From Smithellaceae bacterium (GTDB lineage: Bacteria; Desulfobacterota; Syntrophia; Syntrophales; Smithellaceae): a stretch of DNA of 64,000 nt. Position numbers and translations under genes: made by a program. Below the pieces are notes generated by a model that saw only the letters and a program-made list of their open reading frames with translations, did not search any database and had not been told where the DNA came from. The stretch is taken from assembly GCA_963667845.2 (NCBI GenBank), contig CAXXVL010000001.1:128001-192000 (forward strand), read 5' to 3'. Position 1 is the first letter of the stretch, and every line of letters begins with the position of its first letter. Of this stretch, positions 19,127 to 29,347 are shown piece by piece.

Positions 19127-19999
19127 ATGGATCCAACAACATCGATGTACGTATCCCAGGCAATACATGGGATAGCCTACGGCATGATCCTGTTCCTTAT
19201 CGCATCTGGCCTGAATATTATTTTCGGGATGATGGGAATATTGAACTTGGCTCACGCCTCATTTTTTATGCTGTCGGCTTATTTCTGTCACCAGGTGGTG
19301 AAGATAACGGGAAACTTCTGGATAGGACTTCTCCTGGCGCCGATTTTCACAGCCCTTATCGGCATCGTCCTGGAGCGGGTCTTTCTCCGGAAAATCCACG
19401 CGTTCGGGCATCTGGGCGAGTTGATCCTCACGCTGGGGATTGGGCAGGTCATCCTGGCCATGGTTAAGATCTTCTGGGGCACGGAGAGCCTTCCCGTCGA
19501 CGTTCCGCCTATATTGAGCGGCATGGTGGGAGCGGGTGGCTTGAATTACCCGATCTATCGTTTGTTTGTCATCGGTCTGTCCCTGGTGGTTCTCGTGTTT
19601 ATGTTGCTCTTGCTCTATGGGACGCGGCTCGGCAAGATCGTCCGCGCGGCCGTTTCCGACCGGGATATGGTGAACGCACTAGGCATCAACATCCCCGTCG
19701 TTTTTATGGCCGTATTCGGTGTCGGAACATGGCTCGCCGGAATATCCGGGGTCGCGATTGCGCCGATTCTGACGGTGTTTCCGGGACTGGCCGACCAGGT
19801 GGGCATGGATGCCTTTATTGTCGTCGTGACGGGCGGTTTCGGAAGCCTGATGGGCGCTTTCATCGTTGCCATCATCTTCGGTCTTTTGAGTTCTTTCGGT
19901 GTTCAGTTCCTTTCTCAATTAGCGCCGGTCCTGATGGTTGGCTTCATGGCTCTTGTTCTGGCTTTCCGGCCTAATGGATTATTTGGAGTAGAAGAATGA
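19127..19999 (+). CDS. livH: ABC permease LivH-type (second system)
   Basis: GLNIIFGMMGILNLAH and GGFGSLMGA motifs. Confidence 0.9.
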   Translation: MDPTTSMYVSQAIHGIAYGMILFLIASGLNIIFGMMGILNLAHASFFMLSAYFCHQVVKITGNFWIGLLLAPIFTALIGIVLERVFLRKIHAFGHLGELILTLGIGQVILAMVKIFWGTESLPVDVPPILSGMVGAGGLNYPIYRLFVIGLSLVVLVFMLLLLYGTRLGKIVRAAVSDRDMVNALGINIPVVFMAVFGVGTWLAGISGVAIAPILTVFPGLADQVGMDAFIVVVTGGFGSLMGAFIVAIIFGLLSSFGVQFLSQLAPVLMVGFMALVLAFRPNGLFGVEE

Positions 20000-20997
20000 A
20001 GAATAAAATAATAAAAATAATTTTGTGGGCGGTGTTGATCGTCATTTTGGCTTTCCTTCCCAAAATGTTCGGCATCTACTATACGAATATTTTTGTCACC
20101 TTTGCCATCTTTGCCGTTTATGCCGTTTCCCTGAATGTGCTCCTGGGCTATACAGGGCTTTTGAGTTTCGGGCACGCGATGTTTTTTGGCGTCGGCGGAT
20201 ATGGGACGGCCCTGGCATTGAAACACATCGAAGGGATCAGCCTGTTTCCGGCGATCGGAATCGGGTTTCTGGCGGCGATTGCGCTGGCGTTGATCTTAGC
20301 GCCGCTGGTAACGCGGGTCAAAGGGACGGCCTTTGCCATGCTGCACCTGGCTTTCGGACAGCTCTTCTACGTTCTGGCGCTTAAATTGCGGAATATAACC
20401 GGCGGCGAGGACGGAATCGGCAATTTCCCGATTCCCAACTTCACGATTCCCGGCCTCTTCTCCATTTCCGTGGGTGGCAATCCGGTCAATTTCTACTATC
20501 TGGCAATTATCGTTTTGGGCATCAGCACCTGGTTGATGTGGTTCTTCACGAAAACGCCTTTCGGCCAGATCCAGGTGGGTATCCGGGACAACGCGAAACG
20601 GATTGATTATCTGGGGTACAAAGTTCCCCAGTCCAAAGCGGTCATTTATGTTATTTCCGGCGCCTTTGCCGGCATGGCCGGCGCTATGTACGCCTTGTTC
20701 CATAACCTGGTCTCGGCGGATGGTTCTCTGGGAGCCCTGGTCTCCTTCACACCGATTATGGCGTCGATGATCGGAGGCGTGGGCAGCTTCTTTGGTCCGA
20801 TCTGGGGAACGGCGATATTCCAGATTCTGGAAGAATTGACGATTCGCTTTACGGACCGTGTGGAACTGGTAACAGGGGTGATTTTGATTCTGGTTGTCAT
20901 GTTTGCGCCCCAGGGGTTGGCCGGCTTTATCAGATTAATAAAGCAGAAATATTTCTCGGGTCAGGCCGCGAGTGTTGAAAAGGAGAAGCTGTCATGA
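19996..20997 (+). CDS. livM: ABC permease LivM-type
   Basis: LLGYTGLLSFGHA, TGGEDGI and IGGVGSFFGP motifs. Confidence 0.9.
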   Translation: MKNKIIKIILWAVLIVILAFLPKMFGIYYTNIFVTFAIFAVYAVSLNVLLGYTGLLSFGHAMFFGVGGYGTALALKHIEGISLFPAIGIGFLAAIALALILAPLVTRVKGTAFAMLHLAFGQLFYVLALKLRNITGGEDGIGNFPIPNFTIPGLFSISVGGNPVNFYYLAIIVLGISTWLMWFFTKTPFGQIQVGIRDNAKRIDYLGYKVPQSKAVIYVISGAFAGMAGAMYALFHNLVSADGSLGALVSFTPIMASMIGGVGSFFGPIWGTAIFQILEELTIRFTDRVELVTGVILILVVMFAPQGLAGFIRLIKQKYFSGQAASVEKEKLS

Positions 20998-21740
20998 ACA
21001 TTCTGGAAACCAAAGACTTAAAACACGATTTCAGCGGATTGAAGGTGCTGTTCGGCATCGATCTGCAGGTGAAAGAAGGCGAACGCCACGCCGTCATAGG
21101 ACCGAACGGCGCCGGGAAGACGACGCTGTTTAATTGCATTACGGGAACATACAAACCGAGCAGCGGGCAGGTATTTTTTAAAGGAAAAGAAATCACCGGG
21201 TATAAACCGCATCAGCTGGCGCGCATCGGGATGGGCCGCTCCTTTCAGATAACCAGTACCTTTACCAATCTGACGGCGTTTCAGAACGTCCGACTGGCCA
21301 TTTTGTCCAAACGGGGGATTCGCTTCAACCTTATCCGCAGTGTGGATCGCATGAAAGATATTACGGCGGAGACGGAGGCCGTGCTGGACCGGATCGGACT
21401 GCTCAAAGAACGGAATGTTCCCGCCAGTATGCTGTCTTACGGCAAGGCGCGGGCTCTGGAGATCAGTATGGCCCTGGCCACGGATCCGGAGCTGGTTCTG
21501 CTCGATGAATTTGCCGCGGGCATGTCCCGTGACGAAACGCATAACGCGGTGGCCCTGATCCGGAAACTGACGGAAGGCAAAACCGTGGTCATTATCGAAC
21601 ATGATATGGATGTGGTTTTCTCGATTGCCGACCGGATTACGGTTCTGCATTACGGGAAAATCCTGGCGTCGGGACCGCCTGCCGAGATCCGGGTCAACAA
21701 AGATGTTAAGGATGCCTATCTGGGCGATCTGGAAGTCTGA
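20994..21740 (+). CDS. livG: ABC ATP-binding protein LivG-type
   Basis: GPNGAGKT, RSFQ, LSYG and IIEHDMD motifs. Confidence 0.93.
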   Translation: MNILETKDLKHDFSGLKVLFGIDLQVKEGERHAVIGPNGAGKTTLFNCITGTYKPSSGQVFFKGKEITGYKPHQLARIGMGRSFQITSTFTNLTAFQNVRLAILSKRGIRFNLIRSVDRMKDITAETEAVLDRIGLLKERNVPASMLSYGKARALEISMALATDPELVLLDEFAAGMSRDETHNAVALIRKLTEGKTVVIIEHDMDVVFSIADRITVLHYGKILASGPPAEIRVNKDVKDAYLGDLEV

Positions 21741-21780
21741 GATGAGACGTACGACATATATGAAGATGAGGTAATCAAAC

Positions 21781-22497
21781 ATGTTACTGGAAGCTAAAGA
21801 CTTAAATACATTTTACGGCGCAAGCCATGTGTTGCAGGGGGTATCGGTGAACGTCGCCGAGGGGGAATTGGTTGCCCTGTTGGGTCGCAACGGCATGGGA
21901 AAGAGCACGACCTTGAAAACCATTATGGGCCTGTGCAAAGCAAAATCCGGTTCGGTGCTTTTTGAGGGAAATGAGATTATCGGATTTCCGCCTTACAAAG
22001 CGGCCCAGGCGGGCATCGGCTACGTTCCTGAAGAACGGCGGATCTTCCCGGAACTCACTGTTCATGACAACCTGCTTTTGGGCATCAAGGGCGGAAAGAT
22101 CAAAAATCCGAACGATCCGAATGTCTGGACGACAGATCGGATCTACAGTCATTTTCCGAAGCTTGCGGAACGCTGCAATTCTCAGGGACGGTTTTTGTCC
22201 GGCGGCGAGCAGCAGATGCTTTCGATCGGGCGTTCGCTCATGGGGAATCCGAAGCTGCTTTTGGTGGATGAACCTTCCGAAGGCTTGGCGCCGATCATGG
22301 TTCAGGAAGTCCGCAATGTCCTCGAGGAGATCAACAAGGCGGGTGTTGCCATCCTGCTGGTCGAACACAACCTGAAGGTGGCCCTGTCGCTGGCTCACCG
22401 CGTTTATTTGATGGGGAAAGCGCAGGTTGGCTACACCGGTTCCGTCGAGGAACTCAGAGATAATAACGAGGTTCGTGCAAAGTATCTGGAAGTCTGA
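21781..22497 (+). CDS. livF: ABC ATP-binding protein LivF-type
   Basis: GRNGMGKS, VPEERRIF and LSGGEQQM motifs. Confidence 0.93.
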   Translation: MLLEAKDLNTFYGASHVLQGVSVNVAEGELVALLGRNGMGKSTTLKTIMGLCKAKSGSVLFEGNEIIGFPPYKAAQAGIGYVPEERRIFPELTVHDNLLLGIKGGKIKNPNDPNVWTTDRIYSHFPKLAERCNSQGRFLSGGEQQMLSIGRSLMGNPKLLLVDEPSEGLAPIMVQEVRNVLEEINKAGVAILLVEHNLKVALSLAHRVYLMGKAQVGYTGSVEELRDNNEVRAKYLEV

Positions 22498-22740
22498 TGC
22501 AAAAATCTTATCCCGTGAAAAGGATCAGTTATTTTATCATGGGATGGGCTGATGCAGAGTGTTATGGTCTCCATGACGTCTCCTGATAGCCTTTGTTTCG
22601 ATACTGTGAGGTCGATTGCTTGCGATACTCCATGACTTTTTATCTTCTCATGGAGTATCGCATGAATCATTCCGATGGGGGAATGCCCCATCTCTTAATC
22701 TAGTCGTTTCCAATCTATTCTAAAAAGCTGGGAGGTGTGT

Positions 22741-23787
22741 ATGGCAGAAGTGAACGGTAAGGTCATGAGCGCCAAAGAAGCAATCGGCAAGTTCGTCCAT
22801 GACGGCGACCAACTGGTGATCGGCAATTATACCGTAGGAAGCTGCGCCGAACTCGTCTATGAGGTTATTCGGCAGGGCCGCAAGGGTCTGACTCTTTATT
22901 CGCAATCGGGCATTTTCGATGTCGAGACCATTGTCGGTGCCGGTTGCGTAGACCGTCTGGTGACGACTTACTGTCTGAGGGCAGGAGGCAAGAAGGGCGG
23001 TTCAGCCGTGGAGCGGGGGTTGAATGCGGGTACCCTGGAAATTGAGGACTATACAAACTTTCAGTACAATGCACGCATGATGGCGGGGATGCACGGCTTT
23101 TCCTATATCCAGGTTCTGGAAGGCGCCATGGTCACGGATCTCTTCCACAAAAGAGGTTTTATGGGTGAAGACAAATTCCGCGTTATTAAGTGTCCCTATA
23201 CCGGCAAGGAGAATTTGACGGTACCGGCGGCCAATCCTGATGTGTGCATCGTTCATGTGCAACGCTGCGACAAATTTGGAAATGCCCAGTACTGGGGTGC
23301 TTTAGGAAGCGTAGCTGCAGCAGCACTGGCGAGTAAGCGGATCGTTGTTTCCTGTGAAGAAATTGTGGAGCACGATGTCATCCAATCGAGTCCTCATCTC
23401 ACCCTGATTCCCGCTTATCGTGTCGATGCGGTGGTCGAGGTTCCCTGGGGAGCAAATCCGACGGAAGTGCTGGGTTATTATAACATGGACCAGTTTATGT
23501 ACGGCCTGTTCATGATGGCCGACGGTACGGGCGACGGGCTGAAAGCCTGGATGGACGAATGGGTTTTCGGCTGTGAGAACCGCGCGGCTTATATTGATCA
23601 TTATATCCAGAAATTCGGCAGCAAGGTATTGGATGGAATTCGGGCCAAGGCCTTTTATTCGGCGCCGGCCAATTATGGATCGGCCTTTACCTCGCGTTGG
23701 GATCGAGAAGGCAAGGAACGAAATATGGGGATGACGCTCCCGGAGTTTGAGCAAACATTGAAGGAAAGGGGGAAACTCTATGAGTAA
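22741..23787 (+). CDS. Family I CoA-transferase subunit A (glutaconate CoA-transferase GctA-like)
   Basis: KVMSAKEAI.KFVHDGD, PDVCIVHVQRCD..GNA and VDAVVEVPWGANP motifs; RBS GGAGG. Confidence 0.88.
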   Translation: MAEVNGKVMSAKEAIGKFVHDGDQLVIGNYTVGSCAELVYEVIRQGRKGLTLYSQSGIFDVETIVGAGCVDRLVTTYCLRAGGKKGGSAVERGLNAGTLEIEDYTNFQYNARMMAGMHGFSYIQVLEGAMVTDLFHKRGFMGEDKFRVIKCPYTGKENLTVPAANPDVCIVHVQRCDKFGNAQYWGALGSVAAAALASKRIVVSCEEIVEHDVIQSSPHLTLIPAYRVDAVVEVPWGANPTEVLGYYNMDQFMYGLFMMADGTGDGLKAWMDEWVFGCENRAAYIDHYIQKFGSKVLDGIRAKAFYSAPANYGSAFTSRWDREGKERNMGMTLPEFEQTLKERGKLYE

Positions 23788-24592
23788 ACCGTATACACTG
23801 CAGGAACTTTTAGTAATTGCCGTTGCGAAAGAAATTCACGACCATGAAAATGTCATTCTGGGCGTGGGTCTGCCCACGACGGCCGGGGCGATGGCCAAGG
23901 CCCTGTATGCCCCTCATGCCACCCTCATGATGGAATCGGGGATTATCGACTTCGAGCCGCTTCTGCCCTTGAACCATATCGCCGATGCCCATTCCTGCCG
24001 GGGTTTTTCCTATGCGACGGATCTCTTTTCCGCTTTTACCATGACGTATCGTGGTTTTGTCGATGTCTGCTTCCTCGGAGTAGGGCAGGTGGATAAATAC
24101 GGTAATCTGAACACGACCGCCATCGGGGATTATTACAAGCCGACGATGCGGCTTCCGGGATCGGGCGGCGCTGCCGATTTCATCGCTTATGCCAAAAGAA
24201 CGGTGCTCACGATGTTGGGAGGAAATTTCGTAAACAAGCTGGATTATTTTACCTCCCCCGGATATCTGGATGGCGGGGACAGCCGGGATAAATCGGGTTT
24301 ATTCCCGAAGGGTACGGGCCCGACGATGCTGCTCTCCACAAAAGGGCTATTCCGGTTCGATCCGGTAACGAAGGAAATGTATCTGGCCCAGATCCATCCC
24401 CGGGTCACCATTGAGGACGTGAAGAAGGATGTGCCGTGGGATTTGAAAATAGCCCCCGATCTGTCGGAGACGCCTCACCCGACGGATGAGGAAATAGATT
24501 TCATCAGGTGTTTTGCTCCGGCCATGTCGGCGGGCAGAGAACTGGCGATGGAGTTGACCATCGTGAACATGATGAAAATGCTCAAAGTATAA
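23780..24592 (+). CDS. Family I CoA-transferase subunit B (GctB-like)
   Basis: GVGLP, catalytic Glu in MESG, QVDKYGNLNTT and LPGSGGA motifs. Confidence 0.9.
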   Translation: MSKPYTLQELLVIAVAKEIHDHENVILGVGLPTTAGAMAKALYAPHATLMMESGIIDFEPLLPLNHIADAHSCRGFSYATDLFSAFTMTYRGFVDVCFLGVGQVDKYGNLNTTAIGDYYKPTMRLPGSGGAADFIAYAKRTVLTMLGGNFVNKLDYFTSPGYLDGGDSRDKSGLFPKGTGPTMLLSTKGLFRFDPVTKEMYLAQIHPRVTIEDVKKDVPWDLKIAPDLSETPHPTDEEIDFIRCFAPAMSAGRELAMELTIVNMMKMLKV

Positions 24593-24758
24593 TTTCGGTT
24601 ATGGATAGAACAGATCGGACACAGGGAAATAGAAAAAATTGAAAAGGAGGTAATTGGGCAGGCAGGTTAGAGCTCCATACGGCAATCATGCGTAAACAGG
24701 GTCATAGACTGGCCTGTTTACGGAATTGAAAATTGTGACACGAGGGAGGAAAAGGAAC

Positions 24759-26252
24759 ATGAAAAATCTTAGGGTGAGCTTTACGATTCTAATGGGTATT
24801 TTTCTAATTTTCACGATGATGGCCTATAGTCCATCTAACGCCATAGCCCAGAAAGCGGCAAAAAAAGGCGAGAAAGCCAGCGCAGCGAAATCTGATAGCT
24901 CTGAAACTTGGTCCAAACCCAACGCAGCCTTTGATGCCAGCAAGATGGGCGATATGTCCGGCTGGGATCCGGCAAAATGGGTGAATCCCGAGGGGGACAC
25001 CATTAAAATCGCTGTTTTCTGGCCTCATTCCGGTCCCGCGGCGGCGAATGGAGAACTCGGCTGGGCTTGTATCAATTTTGCCGCCTATGACATCAACCAG
25101 CGGGGCGGCCTCTTTGTGGACGGCAAGAAGAAGAAGATCGCCCTGTACAAAGCGGACACTATGTCCAAACAGGATCAGGCCAAGAAGATCGCCGAACGCA
25201 TGGTCCTCCAGGAGAAGGTTCATGTCATCATCGGGACCTCAGGGAGCAACCTGATGAAGGTCGCCAACGAGGTGGGCAACCGCTACAAGGTCATCGTTCA
25301 GAATGTCGGCGCCCTGTCCGATGAACTTCAGGACGCGACAAATTTCGGCCGCTACGCCTTCATGAGTTCCGACACCACCTATTCAATTGGCCGCGGCATG
25401 GCCTACTACTACGGCAAGATCCGGAAGAAAGAAAAGAAGTTTTATATCCTCTGCCAGGATTACTCCTTCGGCCGGGACATGGCGGAAGGCTTCAAAATGG
25501 GCCTTAAGGAGTACTATCCCGACGCACAAATTGTCGGCGAAGACTATCACAAACTGTTCCTGACGGATTTTGCCCCGTACCTGGAAAAGATCAAGGCCTC
25601 CGGCGCCGAGGTCGTCTATACGGGAGACTGGATCCCTGATGCCGCGACCCTGCTGAAACAGGCCCGGGCGATGGGAATCAAGCTGCCCTTTGCGAACCTT
25701 TTCATCGATAACCCGGACTTCCTCACGGAGGTTGGCGTGGAGAACACAAAAGGCCTGGTCAACATCAAGCACTTTGACAAAGCCGGACCGGCCTTTAACA
25801 ATCCCGGCATGATCAAGTATTATAAGGCATGGAATGACAACTGGAAGAAATTCGATTCCAAACCCTACAATACCCCCATCTATAAACACCCCATGGGAAC
25901 ACTCGGCAGCTGGACACTTCAGACCTACTGGCTCCTGAGCGTCATCGAAAGGGCAAAAAGCACGGATCCCGAGAAGATTATTAAGGTTTGGGAAGGGGAT
26001 ACCTATCAATATCCCAACGGACGTATTGTCAAGATGCGGGCCTGTGATCACAAGTCGATTCAGGGTTTCCGAATTGCCGAGTTCGTAGAGCCGGCCCGGC
26101 AGAAAGCATCGTTTAATATGCCGCCTTACTACTGGTTCGACAATGCGTCGAACGTCGGCGATCTGACCTGGGACATCCCGGCGTCAGCGGTGCTGCCCTA
26201 CATGGATCCGAAGCTGGATCGATGCAAGGGTAAAAGTGCCTGGGGCGATTAG
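24759..26252 (+). CDS. Large LivK-type ABC substrate-binding protein, paralog 1 (497 aa)
   Basis: Signal peptide; QDYSFG, TDFAPYL.KIKASGA and KMRACDH motifs. Confidence 0.88.
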   Translation: MKNLRVSFTILMGIFLIFTMMAYSPSNAIAQKAAKKGEKASAAKSDSSETWSKPNAAFDASKMGDMSGWDPAKWVNPEGDTIKIAVFWPHSGPAAANGELGWACINFAAYDINQRGGLFVDGKKKKIALYKADTMSKQDQAKKIAERMVLQEKVHVIIGTSGSNLMKVANEVGNRYKVIVQNVGALSDELQDATNFGRYAFMSSDTTYSIGRGMAYYYGKIRKKEKKFYILCQDYSFGRDMAEGFKMGLKEYYPDAQIVGEDYHKLFLTDFAPYLEKIKASGAEVVYTGDWIPDAATLLKQARAMGIKLPFANLFIDNPDFLTEVGVENTKGLVNIKHFDKAGPAFNNPGMIKYYKAWNDNWKKFDSKPYNTPIYKHPMGTLGSWTLQTYWLLSVIERAKSTDPEKIIKVWEGDTYQYPNGRIVKMRACDHKSIQGFRIAEFVEPARQKASFNMPPYYWFDNASNVGDLTWDIPASAVLPYMDPKLDRCKGKSAWGD

Positions 26253-26303
26253 CTGATCGACAGGTTATGATGGTACGGGTAAAGTAAAGAAGTAAAACTT
26301 ATT

Positions 26304-26332
26304 AAGGCCCCGCTCACGGAGCGGGGCCTTTT
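26304..26332 (+). terminator. Rho-independent terminator
   Basis: AAGGCCCCGCTC-acg-GAGCGGGGCCTTTT. Confidence 0.8.
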
Positions 26333-26505
26333 CAGCAGGGTGGTTCATTTGCATATCGGTCGGATAGACAGTTCGCGTTTCACCTTGCGAGGCGCCGGGG
26401 AAAGGTATCTTGGAGGTTGAGGGGTTCAATGTTCAGGGTTGAAAGAAAGAGCTGAATGTCTTTATAAAAATATTATCGTCGCAACATGCAAAAACAAAGG
26501 AAGGG

Positions 26506-26701
26506 ATCCGTCCCTGTTTTACCATTGAGGATATGAAGGAAGAAGTTCACTGGGACTTAAAGATAGCGCCGGACCCGGCACATTCCACCGACAGATGAGG
26601 AAATCGATTTCATCAGAGATTTTGCCCCGTCGATGCCGGCGGGCAGAGAGCTGTCGCTGGAGTCAACGCTTACCAATATGATGAAGCAACTCAAGGCGTA
26701 A
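26506..26701 (+). pseudogene. Frameshifted 3' relic of the GctB-like gene
   Basis: Translates as IRPCFTIEDMKEEVHWDLKIAPD / PTDEEIDFIRDFAPSMPAGRELSLESTLTNMMKQLKA*, matching the C-terminus of 23780..24592. Confidence 0.9.
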
Positions 26702-26761
26702 AGGGGCGCCGGAGTTGATAGGAAGTCGTTGTTCACAAAATTAAAGAAGGAGGAGTTCAAG

Positions 26762-28255
26762 ATGAGAGTATTTGGTAAAGTATTTCTGGTTTTGACATGC
26801 GTTTTTTCTTTACTGCTTGTGACTGTTTACAGTCCGGCGACGGCAGCGCCGGCGAAAGCGGAAAAGAAAAGTAAAGCCTCGACCACAAGCATGGTGGTGA
26901 CACCCACGGAAACCTGGTCCAAACCCAATGCAGCTTTTGATGCGGGTCAGATGGCGGATATGACCGGGTGGGATCCTGCCAATTGGGTTAATCCCGAAGG
27001 TGATGTCATTAAAATCGCTATCTTCTGGCCCCACTCCGGCCCCGGCGGTTTGAATGGCGATATGGGTTGGCTTTGCACGACTTTTGCCGCATACGATATC
27101 AACAAGCGCGGCGGCATCTGGGTCGACGGCAAAAAGAAGAAGATCGCCCTCTACAAGGCGGACACAATGTCCAAGCCCGATCAGGCCAAGAAGATCGCCG
27201 AGCGGATGGTGCTGCAAGAGAAAGTCAACTTCATCGTAGGCACATCGGGAAGCAACATGATGAAGATCGCCAACGAAGTAGGCAACAAATACAAAGTGAT
27301 CGTCCAGAACATCGGCGCCCTCTCCGATGAATTGCAGGATGCAACCAACTTTAACCGCTATTCCTTCATGAGCTCTGATTCCACATTCTCGATCGGCCGC
27401 GGCATGGCTTACTACTATGGCCAGATCCGTAAAAAAGAAAAGAAATTCTATATCCTCTGCCAGGATTACTCCTTTGGCAGGGACATGGCTGAAGGCTTCA
27501 AGATGGGCCTCAAAGAATACTATCCGGAAGCACAGATTGTGGGCGAAGATTACCATAAACTATTCCTCACCGACTTTGCTCCGTATCTCACCAAGATCAA
27601 GGCCTCCGGCGCCGAAGTTGTCTGGACCGGCGACTGGCATCCGGATGCAGGCAACCTCCTTAAACAGGCAAGACAGATGGGCATGACCATTCCTTTCGCC
27701 AACCTGTTCATGGATGAGCCGAATTCTCTGGTTGAGGTCGGTATCGAAGGGACAAAGGGACTGGTCAATATCAAACATTTTGAAAAGGCCGGACCGACCT
27801 TCACCAATCCCGCCGTCGCCAAGTACTACAAGGCCTGGAACACCGAATGGAAAAAATGGAAGACCCCCCCGAACAACACCGTGCTCTTCACCTGGCCGTG
27901 GGGAACATTCGGTTCCTGGAACCAGCAGTTTTATTGGCTCTTAAGCGTCATCGAGCGGGCCAAGAGTGTCGATCCGGAAAAGATCATCAAAGTCTGGGAA
28001 GGCGATACCTACGAGTACGTAAACGGTCGGCTGATCAAAATGCGCGCCTGCGACCACAAAGCGATTCAAGGCTTCCGCATAGGCGAGTCCGTGCCGCCGG
28101 CAGAACAGAAAGTTTCGATGAATATGCCGCCGTACTACTGGTTTAGCAATGCCTCCGGCGTCGGACCCTCATGGGATATCCCGGCCGGCAAGGTTCTGCC
28201 CTGGATGGATCCGAAACTGGATCGCTGCAAGGGTAAAAATGCCTGGGGTGATTAG
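26762..28255 (+). CDS. Large LivK-type ABC substrate-binding protein, paralog 2 (497 aa)
   Basis: Collinear with and highly similar to 24759..26252; RBS AAGGAGGAG. Confidence 0.9.
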   Translation: MRVFGKVFLVLTCVFSLLLVTVYSPATAAPAKAEKKSKASTTSMVVTPTETWSKPNAAFDAGQMADMTGWDPANWVNPEGDVIKIAIFWPHSGPGGLNGDMGWLCTTFAAYDINKRGGIWVDGKKKKIALYKADTMSKPDQAKKIAERMVLQEKVNFIVGTSGSNMMKIANEVGNKYKVIVQNIGALSDELQDATNFNRYSFMSSDSTFSIGRGMAYYYGQIRKKEKKFYILCQDYSFGRDMAEGFKMGLKEYYPEAQIVGEDYHKLFLTDFAPYLTKIKASGAEVVWTGDWHPDAGNLLKQARQMGMTIPFANLFMDEPNSLVEVGIEGTKGLVNIKHFEKAGPTFTNPAVAKYYKAWNTEWKKWKTPPNNTVLFTWPWGTFGSWNQQFYWLLSVIERAKSVDPEKIIKVWEGDTYEYVNGRLIKMRACDHKAIQGFRIGESVPPAEQKVSMNMPPYYWFSNASGVGPSWDIPAGKVLPWMDPKLDRCKGKNAWGD

Positions 28256-28311
28256 CTGATCGACAGGTGACGCTTCACCCGGGAAAGTAAAGCAGCATCA
28301 TTTGGTAAAGC

Positions 28312-28342
28312 AAAGCCCCGCTCATCGGGCGGGGCTTTTTTT
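28312..28342 (+). terminator. Rho-independent terminator, probably bidirectional
   Basis: AAAGCCCCGCTC-atc-GGGCGGGGCTTTTTTT. Confidence 0.85.
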
Positions 28343-28565
28343 AGTCCTTGCTGTTCAGGAAATAAGTCAAGGCGCCGGTCGGGCATTTCAAGACCGCTTC
28401 AATGATCTTGTCCGTGGTCGAGTTCAGGGGTTTTATCCAGGGTCTCTCTTTGGGTCTGAAAACGTCCGGGTTATGCTTGATGCATTTTCCCGTATGCAGG
28501 CATAAGATGGGGTCCCAGAGGATGGTTACTTCGCCGTTGGTATACGTTCTTTTGGTGTTGTCCAT
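28341..28565 (-). CDS. Small Fe-S protein, YjdI-like divergent 4Fe-4S mono-cluster family
   Basis: W...LCLHTGKC...P.VF.P..RPWI...CPTGAL pattern. Confidence 0.85.
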   Translation of the reverse strand: MDNTKRTYTNGEVTILWDPILCLHTGKCIKHNPDVFRPKERPWIKPLNSTTDKIIEAVLKCPTGALTYFLNSKD

Positions 28566-28848
28566 GGGAGTCTCTTAAATGGTCGCCATGCCCGAAAGGC
28601 CACGCCCGCCGTGATTTTTTTCATTGGTCTGTAAAAAGATAACACATTATGTTTTTATTGTTAAATGAATTATCGGAGTTAGGTTTGGCTCTGTACTTGC
28701 GAGGCTCATTCATTTGTCCGGCTTTTCTTCATGGTAGATATGACCTACCGATCACCTTACACTCAACGAGCGTTGCCTTCATTTCCCGCCGTCCATATAA
28801 TTTTGTCATTAACAGGATACGAAACGAACAGAAGAAAGGAGAAAAATT

Positions 28849-29175
28849 ATGGTATCGAATAATCTTGTGAAGGGCATGGTGATCGGCGGTTTGATCGGTG
28901 CCGGTCTAGGGATCATCTTTGCTCCCAAAAGCGGAAAGGAAACACGGGAACAAATCCTCAACACCGCCCAGGATGTTCTGGAGAAAGCCAAAGCCCAATA
29001 TGCCGAAGCCGTCGGGAAAATCGACGAGTTGAAAACACAAAATAAAGACATCCTTGTCGACAAAAAAGACAGGCTGAAGAAGGCGATCGCCGCGGGTGTG
29101 GAGGCCTATCAGCAGGTCAAACAGCCGCAGAGCAACTGCACGACAGGCCTCTATGGGGATAATGCTCTGCTTTAG
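28849..29175 (+). CDS. YtxH domain protein
   Basis: GMVIGGLIGAGLGIIFAPKSGKETRE motif. Confidence 0.88.
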   Translation: MVSNNLVKGMVIGGLIGAGLGIIFAPKSGKETREQILNTAQDVLEKAKAQYAEAVGKIDELKTQNKDILVDKKDRLKKAIAAGVEAYQQVKQPQSNCTTGLYGDNALL

Positions 29176-29225
29176 CCGGGACTCGGCCAAAAACCGGGTC
29201 TAAAGCATACAAGGCTGTCGACTTT

Positions 29226-29283
29226 ATCCCGCTCACGCGGGGCCAGCGTTAAATCCCTGTCGCTTGCTGCGAGTTGATTGATT
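29226..29283. mobile_element. Family A repeat, internally deleted copy
   Basis: ATCCCGCTCACGCGGGGCCAGCGTTAAATCCCTGTCGCTTGCTGCGAGTTGATTGATT. Confidence 0.65.
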
Positions 29284-29347
29284 CGCAGCTTGCAGACTTT
29301 TGAACAGTACTGCGTGGATTATTAAAAACATCAGGAGGATAATAAGA

